Assembly: GCA_964628445.1 (NCBI GenBank)
Contig: CAZVOP010000008.1
Span: 5,376 to 69,375, forward strand
Length of the DNA: 64,000 nt
Direction: 5' to 3'
Origin: an uncultured Pseudobdellovibrionaceae bacterium
GTDB taxonomy: Bacteria; Bdellovibrionota; Bdellovibrionia; Bdellovibrionales; UBA1609
Position 1 is the stretch's first letter. Each line of letters starts with the position of its first letter. A program made the position numbers and the translations under genes. The notes beneath the pieces were generated by a model. It ran no database searches, was not told where the DNA came from, and saw only the letters and a list, made by a program, of their open reading frames with translations. Below, one piece after another: positions 55,701 through 64,000 of the stretch.

Positions 55701-56132
55701 TTCTTCGCAAAAAATGAATATAGTATATTCGCACTTAAGCGGGTAATTTACGGTTATCCCGGCCGGCAGGTTGGGGTAAAAACTAGAATTGATAGTGACG
55801 AGCTCCTCCAGTTAAACACTCCTGTTGATTTGAAGTCTGTCTTTAAAGAGCGGGATGGATCAGTCAACGTGGAGCGATTGAACGCACTGTTTTTTAAGCC
55901 TCCTCACTGGAATTACGAGCGTGAAATTCGATTGGTGGCTCAGATTGGAAAACCTGGCCCGATTCCAATGAAAATCCCTAGCAGTTGCATTCGTGGGATA
56001 ATTCTTGGCTCTCAATGCAAAAGGGGGTTTCGAAAGATGTTCAACAGGGCCTGCGAAGATAATGATTGGTTTTTATTGGAACACAATCCAACATCTGAAG
56101 GGCCTCATGGCGCTTTGTCTCGAGTAGGTTGA
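52749..56132 (+). CDS. TPR-repeat protein with a C-terminal DUF2971 domain
   Basis: About 800 aa of TPR-like repeats, then CHYTSAETALFHIL, NDIEEGEF, FCMSWSN...MWSRYGRVHTGVVIIF and PHWNYEREIRLV (DUF2971 pattern). ATG 52749 follows a GGAGGGG RBS. The DNA is AT-rich. Confidence 0.8.
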   Translation: MNFRLLTDAMDEIINEGSVRVEVIRKMQIRLEELINESSEQGYLILLEGIKLFNQQKISSYKKAREQFQRLKIYEELKPYRIFLLSACYYFLDEFDQGIKILKESMQDSNSREDLVLEALGFFYTDLKKYAQAIESFDGAVALNSKRKSLCQWGKAIVLCKLNKRDEAENCYKQSLEGSVDNRARGLEGLAELALIQDKHEEAFDILNRALEEPNLSEWSKVSLLRTRANVFYDVDREMEGIQDLKSALSLNGHNLDHRLHIYKRLADLYIELDDLESARQAIEDGSHVPIESERKASLNFVRAELLFMENEADSALANLDKIAQGSKDPTWIREVHKRKFSHYLDENKVGLAKIEIDKLSKMAEENSHKVDVLRKKAKLNISQGRKDEALDNLKQALSLNEDLGIRRPLLRQHSDLLLEMGKIDEAEIELKSALENEVGGQQSALAWRALAQIERERGNFEEAIHNIDKSLELWKVPRHQASCLIVKSNIYKAEGIYFKAFQSLDDALKLDFPNAFKFNVLMAKGKLSRETQKFEEALEIIDKAAATLGGNKPNPICLYEMALTLEGLGDVAKAIDKYREAFRSEKSSDFRSVIKFREGVLCFENQKYPEAVEAFRMSLELNSKGPSIIALYLAFSLVKEQSDDLKLTVLDSFSKMGDIEKCSVHIAKGWWFYANRRFGEAIKSFEIANVCEDHPLAGFVKFYLASAYFELGQNKEALKLAKQAENFLSTGESKNLMAPYSVQELLAKVHEQSEELFIAKDYLERAIAGGSRNAIGIFEIDNKISRFLKKGKDREKAFEEEMIQQENKSKNSISLRNNSMKIGNHRSDKIIESIGNALIFGNPHLGESFRNGFEYTCHYTSAETALFHILPSQYNHDFGNETKVIQLRLNPLGQANDIEEGEFKLNLKQEDKTFPERLFSSLKTQIKEEFKVFCMSWSNVPFDEITYSSAPFLIPPMWSRYGRVHTGVVIIFDLEKFRACVEEFFAKNEYSIFALKRVIYGYPGRQVGVKTRIDSDELLQLNTPVDLKSVFKERDGSVNVERLNALFFKPPHWNYEREIRLVAQIGKPGPIPMKIPSSCIRGIILGSQCKRGFRKMFNRACEDNDWFLLEHNPTSEGPHGALSRVG

Positions 56133-56272
56133 ACTCTTATTCGCACTCAGAAAGGACTTGCCTGAACCGACTTGGTGAATCTAAATACTTCGGTAAGTAA
56201 CCACACTAACCCGGCATGGATTGCAGATCCGCAACCCCCGGGTTAAATCAAGACGCTTATGTCGGAGTTTAT

Positions 56273-56602
56273 ATGTCAATCACTTGGTCTTGGATCGTTC
56301 TCGCCTTAGCGGGGCTATTGGAAGTGTGTTGGGCGATTGGCCTTAAATACACCGATGGTTTCACGAAGCTTATTCCAAGCCTTTTTACGATCGTCACCTT
56401 GGCGGGCAGTATGTATTTGCTGGCGCGCGCGAGCCAAACTCTCCCCATCGGCACAGCCTACGGGGTTTGGGTGGGGATTGGCGCTTTAGGGGCGGCCGCA
56501 CTGGGCATATTTCTGTTTAACGAATCCGCATCTCCAGCCCGTCTATTTTTTCTGGCCCTGCTTTTGATCGCCATCACCGGGCTAAAGCTGACGGCGGAGT
56601 GA
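56273..56602 (+). CDS. sugE: SMR-family transporter SugE/Gdx (guanidinium/quaternary ammonium exporter)
   Basis: Colinear with E. coli SugE: AGLLEV.WA.GLKYT.GF, LP.GTAY.VW.GIGA.GAA and GLKL. Confidence 0.9.
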   Translation: MSITWSWIVLALAGLLEVCWAIGLKYTDGFTKLIPSLFTIVTLAGSMYLLARASQTLPIGTAYGVWVGIGALGAAALGIFLFNESASPARLFFLALLLIAITGLKLTAE

Positions 56603-57773
56603 TTTCGCCAAGCAGGCCTTCGCAGTTGTTTTTACGCGGCGATAAAAACTGAGCCAAGCCCGTCATCATGCGCTTTCCAACCTGCTGCATTTCTCCCGCA
56701 CTTCGCACGGCCATAAGTTCGGGATGCATCTGCAAAAGTAAAATCGAATCGTCATACTCAAGAGCTTCGGTGACGCCATCGTCGGGACTGACTGCCGCGA
56801 GTTGAAGTTTGACCCAGGCTTTGGGATTGGGCGAGTGGATCACCCATTGGTGATGATAGGTGTTGGCGGTGATATTTTTAACCCGGCCTGTAAGGTTATA
56901 AAAAATCGATTTGCTGGTTTTAAAAATTTGAATCGGATGCGAAGGCTCTTCATCCGAATGCGCATGGCTCGATCCTTCGCCAAGACCTCGGCCGTGGCGA
57001 ATGGGGCCTTTGATTTCTTCCGTGATGTCATGGCCCACATCGTAGCCCATCACTTTGGCGGCAAGTTGTGCTCCCCGGCAGATGGCAAGCAGGCGGTCGC
57101 TTCGCCCCACAAGCTTTGACGTGATGGTCAGCACTTTGCGCTTGATGAGCGCGGCCTCGAAACGGTCGCGCACGAGGTTGACGTTGGTGGAGCGGATATT
57201 TTCTTCGTTGAACACGCGGCGATCAATGTCATCGCCTCCGATCGCGACAAACGACATGAAGGCATTGTCCAAGAGTTCAATAAACAGCTGTGCCTCGCTC
57301 TTGCTTAAGCCTAAGTCCGCGGCGAGAGGAACAAGGTAGGGCGTGACCCCACCGCCATAAAGGGGATCAAGGATCGAGCGCATGCGTTCGCCTTGGGCGG
57401 CTATGTCTTGCGGCATGTTCGCGATAATGAGAGTACGGCGATTGAAATCGCTGGATTTGAGATCTTCGAAATGTGTTTTCTCTAAAATTGGAAACGGACT
57501 GCGCTTGATCAGCGGCATAAGTTCAGAATTTTGCGAAACGGCGGCTTCAAAACGCTGGGCCGCTTGGGCTGGGGTTTCGCCATTTTTCACGGCAAGAATG
57601 ATCCCTGGGCCGTGCGGGCTTGGCTTCCAAACCGTAAGGTCGAGAGCCGCCGCGGAAAAGCTCAAGAACAGAGTGAATCCCAATACGCCAAAGAGCCGGA
57701 AACGGCGCGAAGTGCCGTTTTTAGGCGCGGCTAAAGGAAACGCCAAGAGTTTAGCGAAAATAGATCGGGGCAT
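56574..57773 (-). CDS. class-I glutamine amidotransferase-like / peptidase C26 (gamma-glutamyl hydrolase-type) protein with an N-terminal signal/anchor
   Basis: [10 protein letters not shown] (nucleophile Cys) and LLLQMHPE (His). The 3' end overlaps sugE by 29 nt (convergent). Confidence 0.7.
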   Translation of the reverse strand: MPRSIFAKLLAFPLAAPKNGTSRRFRLFGVLGFTLFLSFSAAALDLTVWKPSPHGPGIILAVKNGETPAQAAQRFEAAVSQNSELMPLIKRSPFPILEKTHFEDLKSSDFNRRTLIIANMPQDIAAQGERMRSILDPLYGGGVTPYLVPLAADLGLSKSEAQLFIELLDNAFMSFVAIGGDDIDRRVFNEENIRSTNVNLVRDRFEAALIKRKVLTITSKLVGRSDRLLAICRGAQLAAKVMGYDVGHDITEEIKGPIRHGRGLGEGSSHAHSDEEPSHPIQIFKTSKSIFYNLTGRVKNITANTYHHQWVIHSPNPKAWVKLQLAAVSPDDGVTEALEYDDSILLLQMHPELMAVRSAGEMQQVGKRMMTGLAQFLSPRKNNCEGLLGEITPPSALAR

Positions 57774-57869
57774 ACCCGTTAATTTGCATTTCTCATTCCG
57801 CGTTCACGAGGGTTTGTCGTAAACGAGAGCCCCTTAAGGGGCTCTCGAGGAAGGGCCTTTAAGCGCAGC

Positions 57870-58226
57870 TCACTGATCCAAAGATTCGAGGGTCAAGCTG
57901 ACTGAGTCCGAGTTAAAGGTATTTTGCTGACACACTCGGGAAAGAATCTTCGTTTGACGAAAGCCCAGCTGGCGGCTTTCGCGTAGGCCATTTACCGCAT
58001 CGATAAGAGAGCGAGCATCGGCCATCAATTGTTGGCTGTTTGCATCGATTTCGTCCCCCGAATTCTCCAAAATCGCGAAATTGCCGAGAATTGCGTTTGC
58101 CGATCCTTGAATGCTGGTTTGGTATTTGACGATTTTTCGTGAACAATCTTTATTTATTGATGTCTCTGCGGCAGAGCCAATTGAGCTGAAAAGCATTAAA
58201 GCAGCTAGAAATGATATGCAGTTCAT
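57870..58226 (-). CDS. small hypothetical secreted protein
   Basis: Signal peptide MNCISFLAALMLFSSIGSAAE. Confidence 0.5.
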   Translation of the reverse strand: MNCISFLAALMLFSSIGSAAETSINKDCSRKIVKYQTSIQGSANAILGNFAILENSGDEIDANSQQLMADARSLIDAVNGLRESRQLGFRQTKILSRVCQQNTFNSDSVSLTLESLDQ

Positions 58227-58477
58227 GGGAAATCTCCTGTTTTATTTTTTGGCAGATACCGCCGCTTTGCGGCCGACGGCTCATCCAAATCTATTTAATT
58301 TTGTTTAAAAACATTTAGTGTGGGCAATTGCAAGATGCGCTCCGGCCTGAGTTTAAGGCTCGCGCCAGTGAGAATCGACCAATAGTGGGCGCCCAAGTTT
58401 TCCATTGGCCGGGGAGCAAAGGATCCTCAACACAGGTTTGAAGATCCTTTAAATTCAAGGATGAGGTTATCCGGTAA

Positions 58478-59203
58478 TTACCTTACCGGCAGCAATTCGT
58501 TGGTGCCGGAGATGCGGTACGAAGTGCCGCTCATCTCTCCATGTCTAACTTTCTTCGCCGGAAATTTATTGAAGTTGATGGTCAGCCGGCATGAGGACGC
58601 AAAACCGCTTCCTGACCAGTTGGACATATCCTCACTTTCGACGTCGATCAGCATCACCGTAGCGTCTTTCGCCGAGATCGAAATTGAAGTCTCATTGTTG
58701 CGGGCGATCATAGATCCGCTCGGCAATGAGATTTCTACACCGGAATCTTTATCCATCGTGCGTAAGGTGAGAGTCGCTGACGTTTTATCGCTCAATAGTT
58801 TACGGGACTCGGACTGAAGGATCAGGGAGGTGGATACGTCTTTTTTGATGTATCGCGAACCTGCTCCCAACAATGCATTTGCCGCTCCGATGTTCGAGAT
58901 CGATTTTCGTGACAATTTCTTGCCCGCCTGGCCTTTGTCCAAATTCAAATAGAAGAACTCGGCATCCACCAAGACTTGCGAATTCATGTAGTTGGGGCGC
59001 ATCACTTTAAAGGTGGTCGTTTGCGAGCCCCGATATCCGTATTTGGCCAGATGATCGAGGTTGGTCGCGCACGTGGCACTCACCGATTCAATTCGCGTGA
59101 CCGAATCGTCGGAAAGATTCCAATCATCCTCTTTAAATTCGCTGGCCGCGCTGACCGAGGCTGCGGTGAAAAGGAGCACTAATAATACGGACTGCTTCTT
59201 CAT
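58478..59203 (-). CDS. hypothetical secreted protein
   Basis: Signal peptide MKKQSVLLVLLFTAASVSAAS. Confidence 0.6.
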   Translation of the reverse strand: MKKQSVLLVLLFTAASVSAASEFKEDDWNLSDDSVTRIESVSATCATNLDHLAKYGYRGSQTTTFKVMRPNYMNSQVLVDAEFFYLNLDKGQAGKKLSRKSISNIGAANALLGAGSRYIKKDVSTSLILQSESRKLLSDKTSATLTLRTMDKDSGVEISLPSGSMIARNNETSISISAKDATVMLIDVESEDMSNWSGSGFASSCRLTINFNKFPAKKVRHGEMSGTSYRISGTNELLPVR

Positions 59204-59331
59204 AATCTCTCCTAAGTACGGCCGTTAAACGGCACGCGGATCAATTTTTGTCGGGCCAACTCGACTTGACTGCGGTTAAATTGGAATCGAGAGGAGAATG
59301 TTCAATATAGATGCCAAAGGGAGGCGCGCGT

Positions 59332-59850
59332 TTAAGACTCGCGCCAGACAAAGCTTTCACGTAGGTGAAAGTCGGGCTTCAGTCCCGCGTGCTTGAGAGC
59401 GAAGTAGTTTACACCTTCTCTGGTGCGGATCACGGCGTTCAAGCTTGCTTCAAGACGGTTAAGCGCGATTTTCGCATGCAGTCCGCAGGTCAGCGAATTC
59501 GCGGTCGCCGCGATCGACGCGAGTTCGAGGGTATCGGAGGTGCGGGGAGGTTGCGGGCTTCGGTAGCCGTCAAAAGAGTACAGATTCCATTTTTGCAGTG
59601 CGGGCGAAAGATTCAGTTCCCAATAGCGGGCTTCGCCTTGGACGCCGATAAAAGCTTCGAAGCAAGTCGTCTTCCATAACTCATCCGCGCGTTCCCAAGT
59701 CTTCCATTGGCCGGGGCGCAAGGAGTCCTCAATACGGTTTTGCGGATCTTTCAACAAAAATTCAACGATGAGTTGATCGCCCACGGCCTCAATGCGGCCG
59801 TGAACTTCGATGTCGTCAATGGCAGTGAAGGGCTTAAGCCTCGTAAACAT
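59332..59850 (-). CDS. hypothetical protein, DOMON-like domain suspected
   Basis: CFEAFIGVQGEARYWELNLSP...WNLYSFDGYR resembles DOMON-like/CBM9-like proteins. The start at MFTRLKPF avoids overlap with the upstream lipoprotein gene. Confidence 0.45.
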   Translation of the reverse strand: MFTRLKPFTAIDDIEVHGRIEAVGDQLIVEFLLKDPQNRIEDSLRPGQWKTWERADELWKTTCFEAFIGVQGEARYWELNLSPALQKWNLYSFDGYRSPQPPRTSDTLELASIAATANSLTCGLHAKIALNRLEASLNAVIRTREGVNYFALKHAGLKPDFHLRESFVWRES

Positions 59851-59857
59851 TACGAGT

Positions 59858-60067
59858 TTACTTGTATTGGCCCGGATAAGCGGTGTTCTCGAGTTGAAGG
59901 GCGGTGACCGATTCGCCGGCTTCATTCTTCTCGATGCACTTGTTCACGATCTTGATATTTTTGTGATAGCACGCGGGGAATTTTTCGAGACCGGCCGTAT
60001 TTTGTTTAGCTTTACTTGCGCAGCCGGCGACAAAAAGTAAGGCGATAAATAATAACGTGGTTTTCAT
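59858..60067 (-). CDS. small lipoprotein
   Basis: Lipobox MKTTLLFIALLFVAGC. 69 aa. Confidence 0.6.
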   Translation of the reverse strand: MKTTLLFIALLFVAGCASKAKQNTAGLEKFPACYHKNIKIVNKCIEKNEAGESVTALQLENTAYPGQYK

Positions 60068-60088
60068 AGCGGGAGATCCTCCTCTAAA

Positions 60089-60616
60089 TTATTTTTTGGC
60101 TTTCAAAGCAGTGATAATGTTGGCGACGCGATCGGCATCTTTGACCGGATCGACGTCTTTTTCGATCGCGCGGATTTTTAAATCGGGATCAAGCACAAAC
60201 GTCCAGCGCTTCGAGATATTCAGAACGGGCATCTTGGTGCCGTAGAGTTTGATGATGTCGGCTTTCTCATCGGCCAGCAGAGTAAAATTCAAATGATGAT
60301 GCTCATGGAATTTTTTTTGCGCCTCGACGCTATCGGCGCTGATGCCGTAAACGTCGGCTCCTTGAGCCCGGATCTTTTTAATGTTGTCGCGAAACGCGCA
60401 AGCCTGTTTGGTGCAGCCGGGAGTTTCTGCCTTGGGGTAAAAATAAAGGACCGTCCATTGGCCTTTGCGTGAATTCAAATCAAAATCTTCGCCGGTGTGG
60501 GTCTTGGTCTTGAAGGTGGGCGCCGGTGTATCCAGACTCAACTCGGCGGCTTTGGCTGCGAACGGAGTCCCCACAATGCTAATTAAGGCAACCAACAAGG
60601 ACAGCGGATTTTTCAT
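60089..60616 (-). CDS. bcp: peroxiredoxin (Bcp-type, AhpC/TSA family) with a signal peptide
   Basis: WTVLYFYPKAETPGCTKQACAFRD catalytic motif. The N-terminal MKNPLSLLVALISIVGTPFAAKA suggests export. Confidence 0.9.
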   Translation of the reverse strand: MKNPLSLLVALISIVGTPFAAKAAELSLDTPAPTFKTKTHTGEDFDLNSRKGQWTVLYFYPKAETPGCTKQACAFRDNIKKIRAQGADVYGISADSVEAQKKFHEHHHLNFTLLADEKADIIKLYGTKMPVLNISKRWTFVLDPDLKIRAIEKDVDPVKDADRVANIITALKAKK

Positions 60617-60664
60617 ACTTCACCTCATACGTAAGAGATAAAAGATACTGCATTTGAACCGGGG

Positions 60665-61339
60665 ATGTCGCGCCCTGACGCTCTGGTACAAAATGCACAT
60701 CGCCAATCCCCCTTGTCTGACGTAGTCTGGGGAATGACACCCTCGAACATCGCCGAAGAATTGGGTAAATCGGGTCTATGCATCTGTCCGCGCTTCTTGT
60801 CGCCGCAAACGCTTCGTGAAACCGCCGATGACTTGGACCGCTTACGTACGGCGGGAAGTTTTGAGCGCGCCGGCACCGGCCAAGGTCTTGAGAACACAAA
60901 AGGCGGAGGCATCCGCAGCGACGAGACCTACTGGTTCGACCGCGAGCTTGAAAACCCGGCGCAGGAATTAATTTGGGAAAAACTCGATCTGTTGAGGCAG
61001 GCGTTCAACCGCACGCTCTTTCTTGGGATCACCGGCTTCGAAGGGCATTACTCGGCTTATCCCAAGGGCGGGTTTTATAAACGGCATAAAGATAGTTTTC
61101 GCGCGGATTCAAAACGCATAGTTTCGCTGATCGTTTATTTGAACCGCGACTGGAAATCCGCGGACGGCGGCCAACTGCGGATTTATGACGGCGATTCGTA
61201 CACCGATATAGATCCCGTTGGCGGGACGATGGTTTGCTTCATGAGCCGCGAATCCGAACACGAGGTCATGCCGAGTCATCAAGAACGATTTAGTTTTTGC
61301 GGATGGTTTAAAGTCCGCCAGCAATTGATTTTTCCATAA
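60665..61339 (+). CDS. 2OG-Fe(II) oxygenase (prolyl 4-hydroxylase-like)
   Basis: Has the HKD (HxD) triad element, LIVYLNRDWKSADGGQLRIY, and the distal SEHEVMP His. Confidence 0.8.
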   Translation: MSRPDALVQNAHRQSPLSDVVWGMTPSNIAEELGKSGLCICPRFLSPQTLRETADDLDRLRTAGSFERAGTGQGLENTKGGGIRSDETYWFDRELENPAQELIWEKLDLLRQAFNRTLFLGITGFEGHYSAYPKGGFYKRHKDSFRADSKRIVSLIVYLNRDWKSADGGQLRIYDGDSYTDIDPVGGTMVCFMSRESEHEVMPSHQERFSFCGWFKVRQQLIFP

Positions 61340-61784
61340 CCAGATCGACGGTCGAATAGCCAAGCGACTGATAGAGCCGGATCGCCGTCTCGTTAAAACC
61401 GAACACATGCAGGCCGATGCGGTCTAAGCCCATGTTTTTTACTTCTTTCTCAATTAAACGCATCATCGTTTTGCCAAGACCAACTCCGCGGAATTCTTCT
61501 TCAATGATCACATCGCAAATGAAGGCGTGACGGTTTGAGGGGCTGCTCATGACTTGAAACCAAATAAAGCCCAAGATCTCTTGCCGTTCATTTTTGAAAG
61601 TGTAGAGGTGATTGTCTTTGGAGTGGAGTTCTTCGGGCAAAAAGCGCTTGAAGCTTTCCTCGGCCACACTTAGCGCTTCCGCCTCGCTCAAGTGCTGGGC
61701 TCTCATTTTATCCGCGGCATACAATTTTTTGCTGCGCGGAGACCAAATTGCATATTCCTGGGATGTCATTTTTGTCAGAGTCAT
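61308..61784 (-). CDS. GNAT N-acetyltransferase
   Basis: EEEFRGVGLGKTMM acetyl-CoA binding motif (R/Q-x-x-G-x-G/A). The 3' end overlaps the 2OG oxygenase gene by 32 nt (convergent). Confidence 0.85.
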   Translation of the reverse strand: MTLTKMTSQEYAIWSPRSKKLYAADKMRAQHLSEAEALSVAEESFKRFLPEELHSKDNHLYTFKNERQEILGFIWFQVMSSPSNRHAFICDVIIEEEFRGVGLGKTMMRLIEKEVKNMGLDRIGLHVFGFNETAIRLYQSLGYSTVDLVMEKSIAGGL

Positions 61785-61937
61785 AATTCCGAATCAAAAC
61801 ATCGTTCATGCGGTTTTGGCCACCAAAAAATCCGCCGCATGAACGGCCTGGCCCGCATCCCGGATGGAATTGCTATGGGAAATCGCTGTCTTCCAACGTT
61901 GTTTTAATGTCGTTTCAATGGCGCCGCAGTTTATGGT

Positions 61938-63176
61938 ATGACTTGCACCTTCATGGCGAATCTAATTCTGATCGACGATAAAAAAATCCGTAAGCAGGCG
62001 TTTTCCAAGCTTGAAAAGTTGCTGAAGAAGCTGCAGCGGATGGAAACGAATGTCGAGTCTTTCCATGAGCGTGATGAGCGTCTGTTTAAAGAATGGTTTG
62101 AGTTGACCTTTCGTGAACAGCAGCAACAGGTCGCGGCCCTTCGCGGGCAATACCGGGAACTTGCCGATTTCCACAATCAGATGCATGCGCTGGCCCAGAT
62201 GGAAGATCTCTCTTTGCCCGAAGCGGCTTTTATCTTGCGTGAGGAAGAGCGCCTCCTCCACTCGGGCAGTGAAGAGCAACGCCGTCTCATCAATGATGCG
62301 CGCCGCCTGCGTGAACAGTTTGTGCACTCGCAATCCGAGAGAAACGAGAAGCGTTTTGAGCGCGAGGACGACGAGGCTTCTGAAGATCGCTACATTCCTC
62401 CCGATGAAGAAGACATGGAAGAGAGCGAGCTGATTGCACAGCTTGACGATGAGGAACTCCGCGAATGGTGCGCGTCTTCGAAGTCGGCGTTTATTTTGCT
62501 CGGTAAAACCCTGCGCGTGGCAAGTTTCACCAAGGACTTCACCTTGTTCTTTAGACTATGGGATGTGACCCATGTGAAGGTTCAAGAGCAGTTCGCCAGG
62601 CGGTTTATGAAAGAGCACGGCTACTCGTTGATCGAGGTCATCGAAGAAATGCGCGGGCGCGTGAATGACGGCGAATCCGTTGAGGGCGCAAAACTCGAAG
62701 CCTTGAAGCTGACCTACCGCCAACTCGCACGCAAGCTTCATCCGGATATGCATGCGGCGGCCAAGAGCGAGAGTGCGGACTGGCGTAAAAAAATGTGGGA
62801 GCGTGTGCAAGAGGCCTACAAGCGACAAGACGGAAAGGCCTTAAATAAGCTCTTCCATTTGGTTTTGCTGCGTGGCCGTGAGCTTGAGCAATTGCGCCTA
62901 AGTGAACTGCATATGAGCCATAAATGGCTCGCCGATGAAATTGAGCAGACCAACCATCACGTCAAAAAACTCCGCCGCCAGCCGGCTTGGGGATTTTCAA
63001 GGCGCAAAGATTTTCAGCCGATCAAGCAAAAACTCGAACGCGAGATGGCCAAGGTGCGCGATTCTTTGGAAGAGCAAGTGATCGAGCTTCGCACTCATCA
63101 CGCCTTTCTTGAGCGCATGGGGCGCGAGTCGGCAGGCTCGCCTTACCGGCGGCGGCGGCGCGGTCGCGGGCGTTAG
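61938..63176 (+). CDS. charged helical protein with an internal J-like domain
   Basis: YRQLARKLHPDMH...WERVQEAYK has an HPD motif and a J-domain helix II/III pattern. The rest is E/R-rich with an RRRRRGRGR tail. Confidence 0.55.
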   Translation: MTCTFMANLILIDDKKIRKQAFSKLEKLLKKLQRMETNVESFHERDERLFKEWFELTFREQQQQVAALRGQYRELADFHNQMHALAQMEDLSLPEAAFILREEERLLHSGSEEQRRLINDARRLREQFVHSQSERNEKRFEREDDEASEDRYIPPDEEDMEESELIAQLDDEELREWCASSKSAFILLGKTLRVASFTKDFTLFFRLWDVTHVKVQEQFARRFMKEHGYSLIEVIEEMRGRVNDGESVEGAKLEALKLTYRQLARKLHPDMHAAAKSESADWRKKMWERVQEAYKRQDGKALNKLFHLVLLRGRELEQLRLSELHMSHKWLADEIEQTNHHVKKLRRQPAWGFSRRKDFQPIKQKLEREMAKVRDSLEEQVIELRTHHAFLERMGRESAGSPYRRRRRGRGR

Positions 63177-63604
63177 GATTTTCTCAAGGCCGCGCCAAGG
63201 CCGTCCAAAATCCCGTCCCAACCTTCTTGGATACGGTCTTGAAGGTGCGCGTATTCCGATTTCACTTCGTGAGTTAACGTCACTTCGCAACCTTGTTGCA
63301 AAGCCAGAATGTCGATGTTGACCGGATCGCTTTCTTTGGCGTCTTTTTGCACGGCGAATTGAAATGAAATGTGGTTCGGTTTTTCGAGGCGGGTGTACTC
63401 GCCGTAGTGGGCGGCGTCGCCGTCCTGGCGCCGGTCGACGAATAAAAATTTGCCGCCGACTTTTGCGTCGATCTCGGCTTTGATCATCTTGCCGGTCAAT
63501 GTGGCAAACATAAACTTGGCCGCCTTCGTGGGGTCGAGAAGGGTTTCGTAAACACGCTCAGCCGGTACATTATAACGATGTGTTGATTTCACTTTAATGC
63601 GCAT
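63173..63604 (-). CDS. SRPBCC-family protein (AHSA1/START-like)
   Basis: The VPAERVYETLLDP...GGKFLFV... pattern is typical of Activator-of-Hsp90-ATPase-homolog-like SRPBCC proteins. Confidence 0.8.
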   Translation of the reverse strand: MRIKVKSTHRYNVPAERVYETLLDPTKAAKFMFATLTGKMIKAEIDAKVGGKFLFVDRRQDGDAAHYGEYTRLEKPNHISFQFAVQKDAKESDPVNIDILALQQGCEVTLTHEVKSEYAHLQDRIQEGWDGILDGLGAALRKS

Positions 63605-63734
63605 ATTTATATTCCCAGTTAACCTTTGTTCGATTTAACCAGAAGTTGTCTCTAAGAGTCACGGGCTTTTGGTACGGGCTTTGCGGTGTTTCGTTCTGTA
63701 TGAGCTCAAGAATTGAATCAAAGGAGCGGGTAAC

Positions 63735-63980
63735 ATGACTAAATCAGTGACGAAATCGAAATCGGCAAAGAAAAAGGCATCGCCGCTCGGCAAGATTAAG
63801 GCTCTGGCATTGAGTAAAATTACGACGCCGAAGAAGACAAAAAAGAACGCCACGTCGATCGCAAAGGCATTGCTCGCTCGTGAAATGGCGAAAAATCGCG
63901 ATCGTTCAGTCAATCCTAAAACGGCGGCGGATCCCGCCCACGCTCATGGACATCGGCGCTTGAGTGTGCGCCAGTCTTAA
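63735..63980 (+). CDS. small Lys-rich basic protein
   Basis: 81-aa ORF MTKSVTKSKSAKKKASPLGK...TPKKTKKNAT with a GGAGCGGG RBS-like sequence upstream. No recognisable family. Confidence 0.45.
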   Translation: MTKSVTKSKSAKKKASPLGKIKALALSKITTPKKTKKNATSIAKALLAREMAKNRDRSVNPKTAADPAHAHGHRRLSVRQS

Positions 63981-64000
63981 GCCATGCTGAATGGCTATGA

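Noticed and set aside
56133-56272. A guanidine riboswitch (ykkC, mini-ykkC or ykkC-III) upstream of sugE.
   Set aside because: I could not find paired ACGR-loop hairpins or the conserved ykkC or guanidine-III core. There is only a weak resemblance (ACCCCCGGGTTAAATCAAGACGC). A covariance-model scan (Rfam RF00442, RF01068, RF01763) would settle it.
1-64000. CRISPR arrays, rRNA genes, transposases/IS elements and prophage structural genes.
   Set aside because: No regularly spaced short repeats were seen; the palindrome copies are kilobases apart. No rRNA-like conserved stretches and no DDE or recombinase motifs were seen in any ORF.

Overview
This looks like a chromosomal segment of a moderately GC-rich Gram-negative bacterium with many signal-peptide and lipoprotein ORFs. 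My guess is a Bdellovibrio-like lineage, at low confidence. The backbone carries clear housekeeping genes (ettA, map, ahcY, orn, bcp, sugE). It also carries a tightly coupled 8-gene catabolic-type operon (10074-18413) built around a two-subunit LigB-type extradiol dioxygenase, a semialdehyde dehydrogenase and RidA, which is the upper module of an amn-like 2-aminophenol pathway. Many secreted proteins of unknown function are present, several with unusual repeat architectures: PKD + TSP1-like + Hint, NWPD and Cys-rich modules, and Gly-X-Y tracts.

A tRNA-Asp (23179-23255) anchors a visibly AT-rich composite island (about 23.26-35.1 kb). The island is delimited and subdivided by direct copies of the tRNA 3' end and by a 155-bp duplicated element. 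No integrase is visible.

The island holds a 5'-truncated AAA_13-like ATPase, a DUF2235/Tle1-like hydrolase cassette, an FRG-domain gene and the most interesting locus of the window. That locus is a minus-strand, translationally coupled operon (28576-33606). It encodes an anti-phage dCTP-deaminase-like protein, a 65-aa ORF, a UG/Abi-type reverse transcriptase with an alpha-repeat tail, and a stand-alone family-A DNA polymerase with a divergent active site. I do not recognise the RT + PolA pairing as a described defence system.

A second AT-rich islet (52.3-56.2 kb) carries a 1127-aa TPR-DUF2971 protein. A GGCGCC-centred palindrome (ACCTTCGGCGCCGAAGGT) recurs five times. No rRNA, CRISPR array, transposase or integrase was seen. 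All family assignments come from motif recognition by eye, not from searches.
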